The notes under the pieces are model-generated. The model did no database searches and was not told where the DNA came from. It was given only the letters and a program-made list of their open reading frames with translations. From Sporopachydermia quercuum (taxonomy: Eukaryota): a DNA stretch of 64,000 nucleotides. The stretch covers positions 310,001 to 374,000 of the forward strand of contig BCGN01000009.1 in the NCBI GenBank assembly GCA_001599295.1. The letters are read 5' to 3'. Numbering within the stretch: the first letter of the stretch is position 1; the number at the start of each line of letters is the position of its first letter. The translations under genes were made by a program, and so were the position numbers. Shown one piece after another: positions 12,587 to 26,927 of the stretch.

Positions 12587-14334
12587 TTAGAAGTTCAAAG
12601 GTTTGCCGTAAGTAGCCATAGCACCTTCCTTGAAAGCTTCAGAAAGAGTAGGATGAGCGTGGCAGGTTCTAGCGATGTCTTCACAAGAAGCACCATATTC
12701 TAAAGCCAAAACACCTTCAGCAATCATCTCACCAGCATTAGGACCAATGATATGAATGCCAAGTACTCTGTCAGTCTCCTTTTCAGCAATAAACTTAACG
12801 AAACCTTCAGTATCCAAGTTTGTCTTAGCTCTGGAGTTAGCAATGAATGGGAATTTACCAATGTTATAAGGAATTCCAGCAGCCTTAACTTGTTCTTCAG
12901 TTTGACCAACCCAAGCAACTTCAGGGTGAGAGTACATGACTGCTGGAATAGCACCGTAGTTGACATGGCCATAACCAGTCTTGATGTATTCTACAGCGGC
13001 CACACCTTCTTCTTCGGCCTTATGGGCAAGCATGGCACCGAAAGTACAGTCACCAATAACTCTTATATGGGGGTACTTGGTTCTGAATTCAGAGTCAATA
13101 ACAAGTCTTCCTTTCTTGTCGACATCTAAACCGATATTTTCTGCTCCCAATCCTTCAAGGTATGGTCTTCTACCAATGGCGACTAATAACACGTCAGCTT
13201 CCAGTTGCTCCTTCTTGCCGCTCTTCACGTTTTCAACTTCTATCTTGACGGTCTCTCCTTCACGGACTCCGCTAAGAACCTTGGTTCCAAGCTTGAAGTC
13301 AATTCCTTGCTTGGAAAGGAACTTCTTAGTGTTTTTGGCAACTTCACCGTCCATACCAGCGCCAATAGCATCTTGGAACTCAACAACAGTGACCTTGGAT
13401 CCTAATCTGCTATAAACGGAACCCATTTCCAAACCAATGATACCACCACCAATGATAGTTAAATTTTCAGGAACTTCCTTGAGAGACAAGACACCAGTAG
13501 AAGAAACGATTCTTTCTTCGTCAATGGTGATACCAGGGAAAGGAGTAACTTCAGAACCAGTAGCAACGATAATGTTCTTTGCCTTTAATACAGCTTCTTC
13601 CCCACCTTCAATAGGATCAACCTTAATGTTGTATTCATCAATAAAGCTACCAGAACCTTTGTAGTATTCAACACCGTTCTTCTTGAACAACATTTCAATT
13701 CCACTGGTCAAGGAGTCTACAGCTTTGTCCTTAGCTTTTTGGAAGTTGGCAACGTTTAATTTCACATCGCCAACATCAATGCCTCTGTTTTTAGTATCGT
13801 GGAGAATTTGATGATATAATTGAGAGTTGTTTAACAAAGACTTAGAAGGAATGCAACCTACGTTCAAACAGGTTCCGCCAAGTTTACCTCTTTTCTCGAT
13901 ACAGGCTGTCTTGTAGCCTTCTTGAGCTGCTTTGATAGCAGCAATGTACCCACCTGGACCGCCACCAATGACAACAACATCAAGTTCCTCTGTAAATGTG
14001 TTAGTAAATAGATAGTTAAAAGTAATATTTGATACGGATTAATGCTCATTTATGTTCATGTAATAGATTTTGAATAGTGAAAATGTTCTGTGATCTTTGT
14101 TGTTCTTCCGGTTATATAAAAGGCATCAGTACTAATTCTGTGACAGTACGCATACTATCATCAATCAGCCCACAATCACCATCAACAAAGAGAATCTAAC
14201 TTCCATTACAGCACAATCCATCAAAGCAATCGTATTTACATACTTGTAGCGGTGGCCATAGATCTCATGAATCCACTAACAAAAAGCTTTTGGCCAACAG
14301 GGGCTTTCGTAGTGGCAGCAAAGGAACGAAGCAT
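12587..14334 (-). CDS. LPD1: Mitochondrial dihydrolipoamide dehydrogenase (E3); exons 14334-14244 and 13989-12587 (an alternative in-frame ATG lies at 14340)
   Basis: Presequence [12 protein letters not shown]..., then GGGPGGY FAD motif, [13 protein letters not shown] redox disulfide and HAHPTLSE. Intron 13990-14243 GTATGT..TACTAAC..CAG. Confidence 0.97.
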
Positions 14335-16023
14335 GGTCATATATATGATATGGTATGGAGCTATTACTATAATATTCCAATCAACAATTCAAAGCAAATC
14401 TAACAAAATTTGCTCAAGGGTTTGAACAGATTAATGTTTTATTTGACTGTGCAATAGATTATTTATTGATCTTCTTCCTATTGAAATAAATTATAAAACA
14501 AGCAAGCTTTCTATCTAGTAACTCATTGGCGGTTTTAAGTAAATAAATGGGAAACTAGTGTCGGGCATTTAATTCCTGCTTCACCCTACTGCGTGATATG
14601 CAGTTTTGACGCGAAATGCCTAATAGTGCATGAGAAGTGGAGTACATGTGAAGGAAGGTTGAGGTGGAATTGGATGGAATGGGAGAAGAAAAGAATATAC
14701 ATAGTGTGACATAGGGAGTTTAGTCATTTGAGATTTTAAGTGTTAGTAATGGAAATAATGGAAGGGGAAGCCGGATTAAAAAAGAGGAAGAAGAAGAGGG
14801 AGGTGAGAATCCTTTATATCTTACATTGGAGAGTACGATCCTCCAATGACCTGTGGTAGCGTTGATATAGCTAGGAAGATCGAATAATTATTTTGGATTA
14901 AATGGAACACAGTTAAATTTTTTGAGAGAAGAGGACATAGGAACTGTGGTGAGAGAATGATAATCATTGTTTCTGCTGGTTTATTTCCATCGGTTCCTTT
15001 GATTGTCAAGGTCATCACCTCTCTCTTCGCTTCTCCCTCCTCCATCAAATGCCGGAAATAATCTAGCGTCATGCAAGGTCCTGCATCACGGACAAACTGG
15101 CGAATGCATCCCCATTAACCAATCAAATGTTTAAGTACAATATGAGTAAATGGTTTTTGCATGAGAAAACAGAACTATTAAGCAAGAATTTTATCAATTA
15201 TAATTTAATTTGCGCAGGAGCTAATTGATGCAATGCTATTACTCTCTGAGAGTTGTTCATCTTTTACCATTAACCGTTGCGTTTAGGTCCAACAATTTCT
15301 ATCCCACTCCACATCTTCTCCGCTTTTCATAAATCTCTTTTCATTGGCACACCAAATTACATAACACCCATACATTTTTAATACTTAAGCGATCACTTGC
15401 ATACCTTTTGCATATGTTCTACATATATATATAACCTTAATTACCCCACGGTTAAACTATTGACTTCAAGATGAGATGAAATGAATAGTAATAGAAGTCT
15501 GTGATTCTTGGGACCCGATAGCCAAGTCCTAAAGTTATAAGGTTACTAACTCTTTTATTATCGTTATTACAATGTTCCACGTTGAATTCCAGATTTGGAC
15601 TAATTCATTGTATTTTATATTGAAGATATGAAAGAGTGTAATACCATAATCAGTTTATATTATGAACCATAGGGACTGGCAACTTGCTTGCTGACGTAGT
15701 CTTCATGTACCAAGTGACTATGAGAGTATAATACATCTAGTTCCCTTGAGTCTTACGCCATGAGATGTAATCCGATCACCAATCACCTCTGATAACGAGC
15801 TGAATCTGGCATCTCGATACCACTGCTGTATGCTTTCGATAAGTTCTCGATTAAGAAAGAAACGGAAAACCAACTAGATACAGCTATTCATACAAAACAA
15901 AAAAAAAAACATAAAACACAAAGAAAGCAAATTCATCTTAAATCATAAATACGTTAATGGTTATACTTGCAAAGTAACAAACAAAACTGGAGATTCTCAT
16001 TATTCAGATACCCTTTTATTTCT

Positions 16024-17283
16024 TTATTTTGATCCAGCAAAGCTTTCCCATTTCTTTTTCAAATCGGAAAATTTACCTTTCTTTTCTGGTAATGAAATTG
16101 CAGGACCAGATGACTGTACCTTTTCACTGCCTTTGAATAGCTTCTCGTACATCGCCGACAAACTTCTCACTTTGTTTTTTGATCTCTTCGAATCAGAACT
16201 TGATTCTGGTTCTAAGTTATTTGATGTTTGGGACGATGTTGATGTTGAGGTCTCAAGTAGAGTAGATGATTTATTAGAAGATTCGATTACGGGTTTTGAC
16301 TTCGTTAGCACTTGTTCCGTGGCGCTTTCGATGTTTTCCTTTATTTCTTCTCTTGATGGCAAGCTTTGAACAGGAGCTTCTGCTTCTTCTGGGAGAACTT
16401 TCGTGCTTTCTTCTTGGGGTTCTTCTTCAAGTACTGGGTTTACTTTTATGTCGACAGTCTCCGCCACTGGTTCATCCTTAGTCTCTTCTTTGGGTTCTAC
16501 CTCCTCTTCCACAGTCTCTTCAACAGTCTCGGTCGCAAGTTCTTCCTTAAGTTCTTCCTTAAGTTCTTCCTTGAGTTCCTCTGTAGGTTCCTCTTTCACA
16601 TCTTCTTTCACATCTTCTTCAACTTCTTCAACTTCTTCTTTAACTTCTTCTTTAGCTTCTTCTTCAGTTTGCTCAACAGGAGTGTCAGTAACGTCTTCAA
16701 CCTCTAATTCTTCTTCATCGTCGGTTTCTTGTTTCTTTTGGCTCTCTTTCTCTTTTGGTTCTTCGACATTCAAATCTTCCGCTGAGTTTTCATCATCTGC
16801 CTTAGTATCTTCATGCATTTCTTCCACGTCTAATTCTTCTTCTTCTGGCTCTTCTTTCGCTGCTTGCTCTTCAACTTCAGTCTCAGGTTCTTCTGTCGCC
16901 TCTTCTTTGACATGCTCCTCATTTACTTTCTCTGCCTTGGTATATTCATTAGATTCTTCCTTTACCTCCTCTTCCTTCGCTTCCTCCTTCGGCTCTTCCT
17001 TTGGTTTTTCCTTTGGTTTTTCCTTTGGTTTTTCCTTTGGTTTTTCCTTTGGTTCTTCCTTTGATTCTTCCTTTGATTCTTCCTGAACGCTATCTGTCGA
17101 TCCAACCTCTCCAACTGCACCTGCCGTTGCAGCAGCAACAACACCGCCAACAATGGCAGCTTCAGTAGCAGAAGCTCCTTCGACGGCTCCTTCTACTGTG
17201 GCTCCATCTTCAGCCTTGATTGGTGTTTGAGCCTTCTTCTTCTGTTGATTTTTCTTCTTGTTATTTGTTCTTTTCTTAGCCAT
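16024..17283 (-). CDS. Uncharacterised Glu-rich low-complexity protein with basic N-terminus and two C-terminal Lifeact-like helices
   Basis: 419-codon ATG ORF with TATATAA ~110 nt upstream. It contains EKPK/EELK/EEVK repeats. No globular domain was recognised. Confidence 0.8.
   Translation of the reverse strand: MAKKRTNNKKKNQQKKKAQTPIKAEDGATVEGAVEGASATEAAIVGGVVAAATAGAVGEVGSTDSVQEESKEESKEEPKEKPKEKPKEKPKEKPKEEPKEEAKEEEVKEESNEYTKAEKVNEEHVKEEATEEPETEVEEQAAKEEPEEEELDVEEMHEDTKADDENSAEDLNVEEPKEKESQKKQETDDEEELEVEDVTDTPVEQTEEEAKEEVKEEVEEVEEDVKEDVKEEPTEELKEELKEELKEELATETVEETVEEEVEPKEETKDEPVAETVDIKVNPVLEEEPQEESTKVLPEEAEAPVQSLPSREEIKENIESATEQVLTKSKPVIESSNKSSTLLETSTSTSSQTSNNLEPESSSDSKRSKNKVRSLSAMYEKLFKGSEKVQSSGPAISLPEKKGKFSDLKKKWESFAGSK
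16990..17082 (-). repeat. Coding 12-bp tandem repeat (EESK/EEPK/EKPK units)
   Basis: (ttggtttttcct)x4 flanked by ttgattcttcct units on the + strand. Confidence 0.9.
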
Positions 17284-18972
17284 GTTGTCTGCTTTACTTC
17301 CGTATCAGTTTTATTTTTTCAATAGTATAAGATTATCTATAAACCCAAGACAAGCCGAATGGTTATTCTACTATCGAAATTTATTTGAATACTTATATAC
17401 TCTCAGATCATACGGCCTTGATCTGCTCTGCTCTTCACTCCCACTTACAGGAAAGACTGACATCTTGTGACTTCGTGTTTCGTCGCTTGTTTCTCGTTTC
17501 TCGACTCTCGTCTCATAATTTTTTCCACATTATGAGGCCGATTAAAGTTTCTTTCTACAGAGAGTTTTCAAATTACTTGGAGCGGTCAGCGAATCGAAGG
17601 AGAAAAGGTTTTACCACAAAACTATTATTATCAATATGATTTTTACGTATATATTTATACGTTATATAATAATTCTTACAACTTCACGTCTTGGTGGTTG
17701 GAGATCAACTCAACATCAATGGTGTATGTTGTATGTTTAATTANAAAGTGTGAGTCGTAAGCGTCTGAATTACATACAGATCAAAAACAGATCAAAAAGT
17801 CTGCGTACAAAATAACTAGAAAGACATAGAAGGTCGTAGGTATAGTATAAAAGAGGTTATGATAGTTATATGGGAGAAAATAAATGTGATATTAGTAGTC
17901 TGTTAAAAAGAAACTGTTGCTGTTGTAAGAAGTGAAGCAATTGGGTGCTGAAATATGTAACTTTGATCAGATTACAGTTGTGGTAACGGTTTTCCATTGT
18001 TTTTAACTTGTTTGAGAGTGAAGAGTGACAGCAAATTTCAATCAAGGTTGAAACATGGGGTTTCAATTCCAGGGCAACACACAGGGGTTATGAGAATTCA
18101 TGCCTGGAATTGATGTGCCAAATATCCCAGCTGAGCATTTATTCCTGATTCGGTTTCTATTGAAACCAAGAAGACACAAAGTTTTTGTTGATAATTCCCT
18201 GCATGAACGTTTGGACAGTTTGGCGTTAAAAAGAGTTTAGGATATATGTATGATGACGCAGAGTTTGCATCAGAAACTAAAGTCGTAGAACAGTCTGAAT
18301 CAACTGGTCCACAGGTGCTGGAATCAATAATTATACTTATAATCAATGATCATCAAGGTTATATATACTCGGGCATCCCAGTATTCACATTATTCCTGTC
18401 AAATACATAATCGAATTCTTCCACATTCACCCTCATTCTTAGTTCCTTTGTTACTCATATCCCAATCAAGTAAATAATAGTCACCTGATAAAGCATCTCG
18501 TCCCAATGCATAATATGTAGACATTGCATATTCGCTAAACTCAATTGGGATCTTAAAGCCACTTCTACTTTATCTGATACTTTTCTTGCCCTTTCCTTCT
18601 TCCTACTTGACAGGTATCACTTACTGCTTCATTGACTGTTGAGAGAAACAAATTAATACATAGAATACTAACGATTAATTCCATGGTTATTTTTTGAAAT
18701 TCAGTTTTTTGTTGTGAAGATCTACACTAGGAACATTGGATTGGATAGAATCATAGTGATATTGTGGGTATCGTGGTCTGTTACTCCGTTTGCTCTGTTA
18801 ATACACCAGTAGAAGATAATTTTCTGAACTACACCAATAAGTATATACAATCTGGTTTTTGAGCAAAAACAAAAAAATTATTGAGAGCTAGTTTCTATTA
18901 TTGAAACGTTGATATAGGTTGAATAAATTATATACAAAACATCTTTCTTAACTATTCACAACACCCACCATC

Positions 18973-21615
18973 ATGGCTGTCGCAACACCTGAAAGGGACG
19001 TTCTCCCTACTAACCTAGTGCCCGTTAACTACAATCTTTCAGTCTATGGTATTAACGTTGACGAGCTGAAGTTTTCTGGTAATGTTTTGATTAGCTTTGA
19101 AGTAAAGGAAAACACTAGCACTATTTATCTCAATGCAAGAGAACTTGAAGTTCAAGATGTGAAAGTTGTAGCGGAAGTTACCAAAACTGAAACAGCTATT
19201 GCTGTGAAGGACATTGAATCAGACAGTAGGAGAGAGATTATCAAAATCACCCTTGATACCGAGCTTTCTACCAAAATGACCAAAGTGAAATGCCATGTCT
19301 TTTATACTGGTTTGATCCAAACTAATATGGCTGGGTTCTACAGATCGCTATATGACGATGGCAATAAATATATGCTATCCACTCAGTTTGAAGCCACTGA
19401 TGCTCGCAGAGCTTTCCCTTGTTTGGATGAACCAAACCTGAAGGCAACTTTTGATATCAAGTTGACCATCCCCGATGAATTTGTAGGTCTCAGTAATATG
19501 CCTTTGGTTTCCAGTAAAGCTCCTGAAGATGGTAAAAAGAAAGGTGATCCCAATGTTGGCAAGGTGAAAACGCTAACATTTGAGACCACACCTATTATGA
19601 GTACCTATTTAGTAGCCTGGGCAGTTGGTGATTTTGAATACACCGAAAGGTTCACTGAAAGAACCTATAGTGGTCAAAAGCTTCCTGTGAGAGTATACAC
19701 TACTAAAGGATTAGTCCATCAAGGCGAATTAGCTGTAGTTGCTGCAGCTAAGATTATTGACTACTTCTCCGAAGTGTTTGGTGTGGATTATGTTTTACCA
19801 AAAGCTGATTTGCTTGCTGTTCATGAATTCTCCCATGGTGCTATGGAAAACTGGGGTTTGATTACTTATAGAACTACAGCTTTATTATACGATGAAAAAA
19901 GTTCCGATGAAAAGTATAAGAAGCGAGTCACATACGTTGTAGCTCATGAACTGGCCCATCAATGGTTTGGAAACTTGGTCACTATGGATTGGTGGGACGA
20001 GCTCTGGCTCAACGAAGGATTCGCTACTTGGGTTGGTTATCTTGCTGTAGATCATTTATATCCTGACTGGGACACTTGGGCTACTTTTGCTTCAGAATCT
20101 ACCCAGGAAGCTTTACGATTAGACTCTTTGAGAGGATCTCATCCTATTCATGTTCCTGTTTATTCTGCAGCTGACATAGATCAAGTATTTGATGCTATTT
20201 CATATTTGAAAGGTGCCAGTATCATTCGTATGCTTGCTGCAATCATTGGTTCAGATGTCTTTCTCAAGGGTGTAGGTAAATACCTGGAAACGTATAAATT
20301 TTCCAATGCCATTGCTACCAATTTATGGACTTGTATCTCTGATGTTGCTTCTGTTGATGTGAACGAGATCATGACTACTTGGATTGAAGAAATAGGATAT
20401 CCTGTTATCACTGTCAACTGGGAAGGTGATAGTACGCTCAGTGTTACCCAAGACAGATTTTTGGCTACTGGTGATCTTCAGGATGATGAGAACTCAACAA
20501 TATGGACTGTACCTTTATTTCCCTCAATTCCTCTACCTAAAGAGTTCTCAGTACTTAGCGCTAAAACCATGGAGATTCCCATCGATTCTTTGGATTCTTT
20601 ATTCAAGCTTAATAGTAAGCAATCAGGTGTTTATAGAGTTGTATATCCGTTGGATGTCCTGAAGAAACTATCAGCTAATAATGATACATTAAGTCCAATT
20701 GATAGAATGGGAATCGTTGCCGATACTGCAGCTACCGCTTCAGCAGGCTTAGCTTCTTCACTGGCTCTTCTTATCTATCTTTCTACTTTGAAAGAGGAAA
20801 ACTCCTATGTTGTTTGGCTTGAGGTTATCAACAGACTTTCATCGTTACTTTCTATTTCTTATGCTGACCCAGAATTGAGAAGATTGCTAGTTGAATTCTC
20901 CAAATCGTTGGTTACTCCTATCATCAAGAAACTTGGTTTTGATGGTCAACCTTCAGATAGTTATATCACCAATCAATTGAGAACAGATATCTATAGATTT
21001 TCAGGTCAATTAGGTCTCCCAGATATTATACAAGACGCCAAAGAAAAGTTTACAGTGTGGAAAACTTCAGGAGAAATCCACCCCAGTTCACGGTTAGGCG
21101 TTTGGTCAACAGTAATAGCTGATTTAGAATGCAGTGAAGATGATTTCAATGCAGTTTTGAACGAAGTCATAAAGCCTTCCTCCTTAGATGCAAGAGAAGT
21201 TGCTTTGACTGCTATTAGTAAAGTAAGAACAGAACCGCTTGTTAGGAAAGCATTATCTTTAATAACTGATTTTGACAAGGTGCCACCGATGGATACACAT
21301 TTCCTAACGGCAGGGTTAGGTAATAATGCTGCGGCTAAGAAAGCGTTTTTACAGTTTGTACTTGAAGAAAGCAACTGGAATACTATCTATGAGAAGTTTT
21401 CTAGTAATATGGTTGTTCAGGACAGATTTGTAAAAACTTCGTTGAAGAACTTTGCTAGCAAGGAAGATTTAGATCGTATCAAATCATTTTTCAAAGGAAA
21501 GGATTTAACAGGATTTGATAGAGGAGTTAAACAGGTAATTGATCAGATCACCGTTAATTATAACTGGCTCTCAAGAGATGGAGGTGAAATTACTAATTGG
21601 CTTAAGGAGAATTGA
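18973..21615 (+). CDS. M1-family zinc aminopeptidase (Ape2/Aap1-like)
   Basis: STQFEATDARRAFPC, GAMENWG and HELAHQWFG...WLNEGFA (HEXXH-X18-E); 880 aa. Confidence 0.95.
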   Translation: MAVATPERDVLPTNLVPVNYNLSVYGINVDELKFSGNVLISFEVKENTSTIYLNARELEVQDVKVVAEVTKTETAIAVKDIESDSRREIIKITLDTELSTKMTKVKCHVFYTGLIQTNMAGFYRSLYDDGNKYMLSTQFEATDARRAFPCLDEPNLKATFDIKLTIPDEFVGLSNMPLVSSKAPEDGKKKGDPNVGKVKTLTFETTPIMSTYLVAWAVGDFEYTERFTERTYSGQKLPVRVYTTKGLVHQGELAVVAAAKIIDYFSEVFGVDYVLPKADLLAVHEFSHGAMENWGLITYRTTALLYDEKSSDEKYKKRVTYVVAHELAHQWFGNLVTMDWWDELWLNEGFATWVGYLAVDHLYPDWDTWATFASESTQEALRLDSLRGSHPIHVPVYSAADIDQVFDAISYLKGASIIRMLAAIIGSDVFLKGVGKYLETYKFSNAIATNLWTCISDVASVDVNEIMTTWIEEIGYPVITVNWEGDSTLSVTQDRFLATGDLQDDENSTIWTVPLFPSIPLPKEFSVLSAKTMEIPIDSLDSLFKLNSKQSGVYRVVYPLDVLKKLSANNDTLSPIDRMGIVADTAATASAGLASSLALLIYLSTLKEENSYVVWLEVINRLSSLLSISYADPELRRLLVEFSKSLVTPIIKKLGFDGQPSDSYITNQLRTDIYRFSGQLGLPDIIQDAKEKFTVWKTSGEIHPSSRLGVWSTVIADLECSEDDFNAVLNEVIKPSSLDAREVALTAISKVRTEPLVRKALSLITDFDKVPPMDTHFLTAGLGNNAAAKKAFLQFVLEESNWNTIYEKFSSNMVVQDRFVKTSLKNFASKEDLDRIKSFFKGKDLTGFDRGVKQVIDQITVNYNWLSRDGGEITNWLKEN

Positions 21616-21925
21616 TTGGAACAATGTTTTTAATGATAATTATAATGAAGTTATGTTTTAAGAACAGTCGTAATCTATATAGGTTTTTGTAAGTATCTTA
21701 TCTATCAACGATATGACATAAGTTTATTAATTAATATTACCGTAGTATTATTAGTACTAGGAACAACAGCAATATATAAAAACAACTGAAGAAAACAAAA
21801 CAAAGAATAAATATGGCTAAATAACTTCAAGAAACTATTCACTTCATGGATTCAAAAGTGCATTTTATATAATCTTAAGAAGCAATACAATTACATCCAT
21901 CTGTAGCTTATTAATCAACTATTGT

Positions 21926-24404
<2,479 letters not shown>

Positions 24405-26447
24405 GGCAAAAGATGTGAAATGTGAATCACAGGTATTCTAATCTTTGCTAATTTCTAGTATTCACTGTCAATCAATCAAAAATTAGGCAAGAAACAAAAC
24501 TGTTTGATATGCTAAGATCTATTGTCTTCTGGTTTGATATTATCTCTTACAGTGCCCTGATACTTTCTGTCTATGGAGTTTTTGTTTAAAACAAAAACTT
24601 GATCAGCAAATCCTGCAACTCTCTGAGTCTGTTTAGAAATTTCAATAATAGGTTGTAAAAGTAACAAGCTTTGCCTAAACTGGTCTTATACTGTAATAGT
24701 AATACTTATAATAACGATAGTAAAATACTCTATTAATAGTTAAACAAAACACAGCTATATATATAATGAATCAATAGAAAAGAATCAAGAGATCATTAAA
24801 TTTGGAACTAAGAAGAGGGAAATTGTGATTGTGATTGTTTATCCAGCAATCTGTCCAGAAAAAAAACCACGAAGAAGGTTTCATTTACAAACTATGTGCA
24901 TAGGGCTGCATAGAAATATTAGAGTTTCTTAAGGCCAGACGATTCTATCTGGAAGAAGCATGAAAAGAAGAAATGTGTATTGATACTGGAGTAAGTTATA
25001 GAATATTCTTATATTTCTATTAGTTTGTTATGCTAGCAACTGTTTTTGTTATCCTCGAGGTATTTTATATGATTGATAACGAGTTAGTGTTCGTTGATTG
25101 GTAATGAGTTCTTCCAACGAGCTCATGNTATTCATTTCTGTTCTGTATGAAGATGCATACTTTGCATCACTTTCATCATTCTGGTAGGATTTCTAGTGCT
25201 AATTTTAGCAATTTATCAATTTTGCAATTTAGTAATTAAACCGAAAGAAGCAATGTAATTGAAACGCGCGAAACTATTAAGGGACAAGTGTCTTCTCTTC
25301 TGTCATCGGGACAAGTAAGTAAACAAACGCCTGTAAAAGGAAACCATAATATATGGAAAATTCCCAGGTAGATGATGAAGAGCATGGAAGCCTCTGTATC
25401 ATGTATGGGATATGCTGNTTCTGGTTATAATNTTAAAATACATACGATCTGCAAATGAAGGTATGTTTGAATGAATGAACCAATACGTAGATATCGAGTT
25501 CAAGAATTGGCATTTAATGGGGTTTTCAACTAAGAGGATTCGGCGAAGACACAATTGAGGTTTTTTGGCAACGAAATAAGGCTTCTTCTTTCCTTGATAG
25601 AATGTAAGAAAGGTGGATTAAGTAATTAATGTATTTTATAAAACAAACCATATCCTTGGGAACTGTACGGGTGTATCGGTGAAAAGAGCTGAGATCCTAA
25701 TTTCTCCGAAGCACTTATCATTTCTAGCTGCAGTTCAGAATAGTCTTCACCATGAATATAACTTTAGCATAATTAAAAAATTTCCTTTATACATCTTATC
25801 TTATTCACCTTTTCAATCCAAAGTAAAGAAGCACGTCCAACAGCTCCATCAGTATAGATTTGATATTATCATTTTCTTTCGATGTAGAAAGACATTTTAT
25901 GTTTATTATTCTCAGCCATTAAACTTGTTGAAATATCTAGTCACGTGAATCACGCACGTTAATATTGTCCGGCTGTAAACGGACAATTATAGTTGCATGT
26001 GATATGGACCCTATAATTAAGAATGTTTATATTATACCTAAAAAGAATATATAGATCAATACATTTGAGATGATGCAGAAATATGCATCGTCATACAATA
26101 GAACATGCTCCATTAATAAAAGAACATTAATTAAACAGACAAGAGCAATCAAGATAGCAGGTTGATAACTGTTAGAGATAAGACTCGCTGGTAAGTCATT
26201 CATTTGATAGGATGATGGTATGTTTTCAGCTATCTTTGTCCGTGAAAGTGTTTAATGAAAGCTGAATTGTCATATGCTGATATTCAGTTGTATTAAGTAG
26301 TAACTCCGAAATGATATATTCCCTCTCGCCTGATAACATGTGGAGCATAACTATTGAGAGATACAGCCAGATTCTTTCAACTGATACAAACGTACCTCAA
26401 TGTAAGAATTAGAAAGTTCTAATTCCATTACTTGTAAAGTCTACACG

Positions 26448-26472
26448 TCTCATCTCATCTCATCTCATCTCA
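26448..26472 (+). repeat. (TCTCA)5 microsatellite
   Basis: tctcatctcatctcatctcatctca, seen directly. Confidence 0.85.
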
Positions 26473-26927
26473 ACGTGATCCAAATTCGCTGTTAAGTCAT
26501 AGTGCTGCTTCTATTTTCAACCATTAATGTGATACTAACTATAAGCAATGAATGACCACTCTTCTCAGTCAATGATGCCTTCTTTCGTGATCTTTTGCAG
26601 TCAAGTAGACATTGTGAAACGAAATAATTGAGCAAGGTAGTTAATTCTCTTTCTTTTTCATCCCAACTTGCCGTATACCCATCCCATTAGTATCAAAACC
26701 ACAATCCCCTGTAATGAGACACGATTTTTGGTCCCTCATTCATATATTAAATCATTGGCCTATCACCATCCTTTGTAAACCGTTCTATTCAGCCTTATTA
26801 ATATACAGGCACTTGTATTGAGGTTTCATATATTGATTACGATTACTAATGAATGTAAAAGAAGGGATGCAAAAGAAGTCTAAAATATATAATCTCCAGT
26901 TTTCACATAAGTGCTGCCACAATCATC

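Noticed and set aside
11496..13664. Antisense ORFs of 125-178 aa over the sirtuin and LPD1, and likewise 51791-52366 over UGA2
   Set aside because: They lie within conserved genes on the opposite strand, which codon bias explains, and they have no motifs.
11029..14334. Functional linkage of the SIRT5-type deacylase with neighbouring LPD1
   Set aside because: Biochemically suggestive, but the genes are convergent with no shared promoter, and adjacency alone is not evidence in a eukaryote.
16366..17086. Ser-rich 227-aa and Phe-rich ORFs on the + strand
   Set aside because: They are antisense shadows of the Glu/Lys-rich repetitive CDS.
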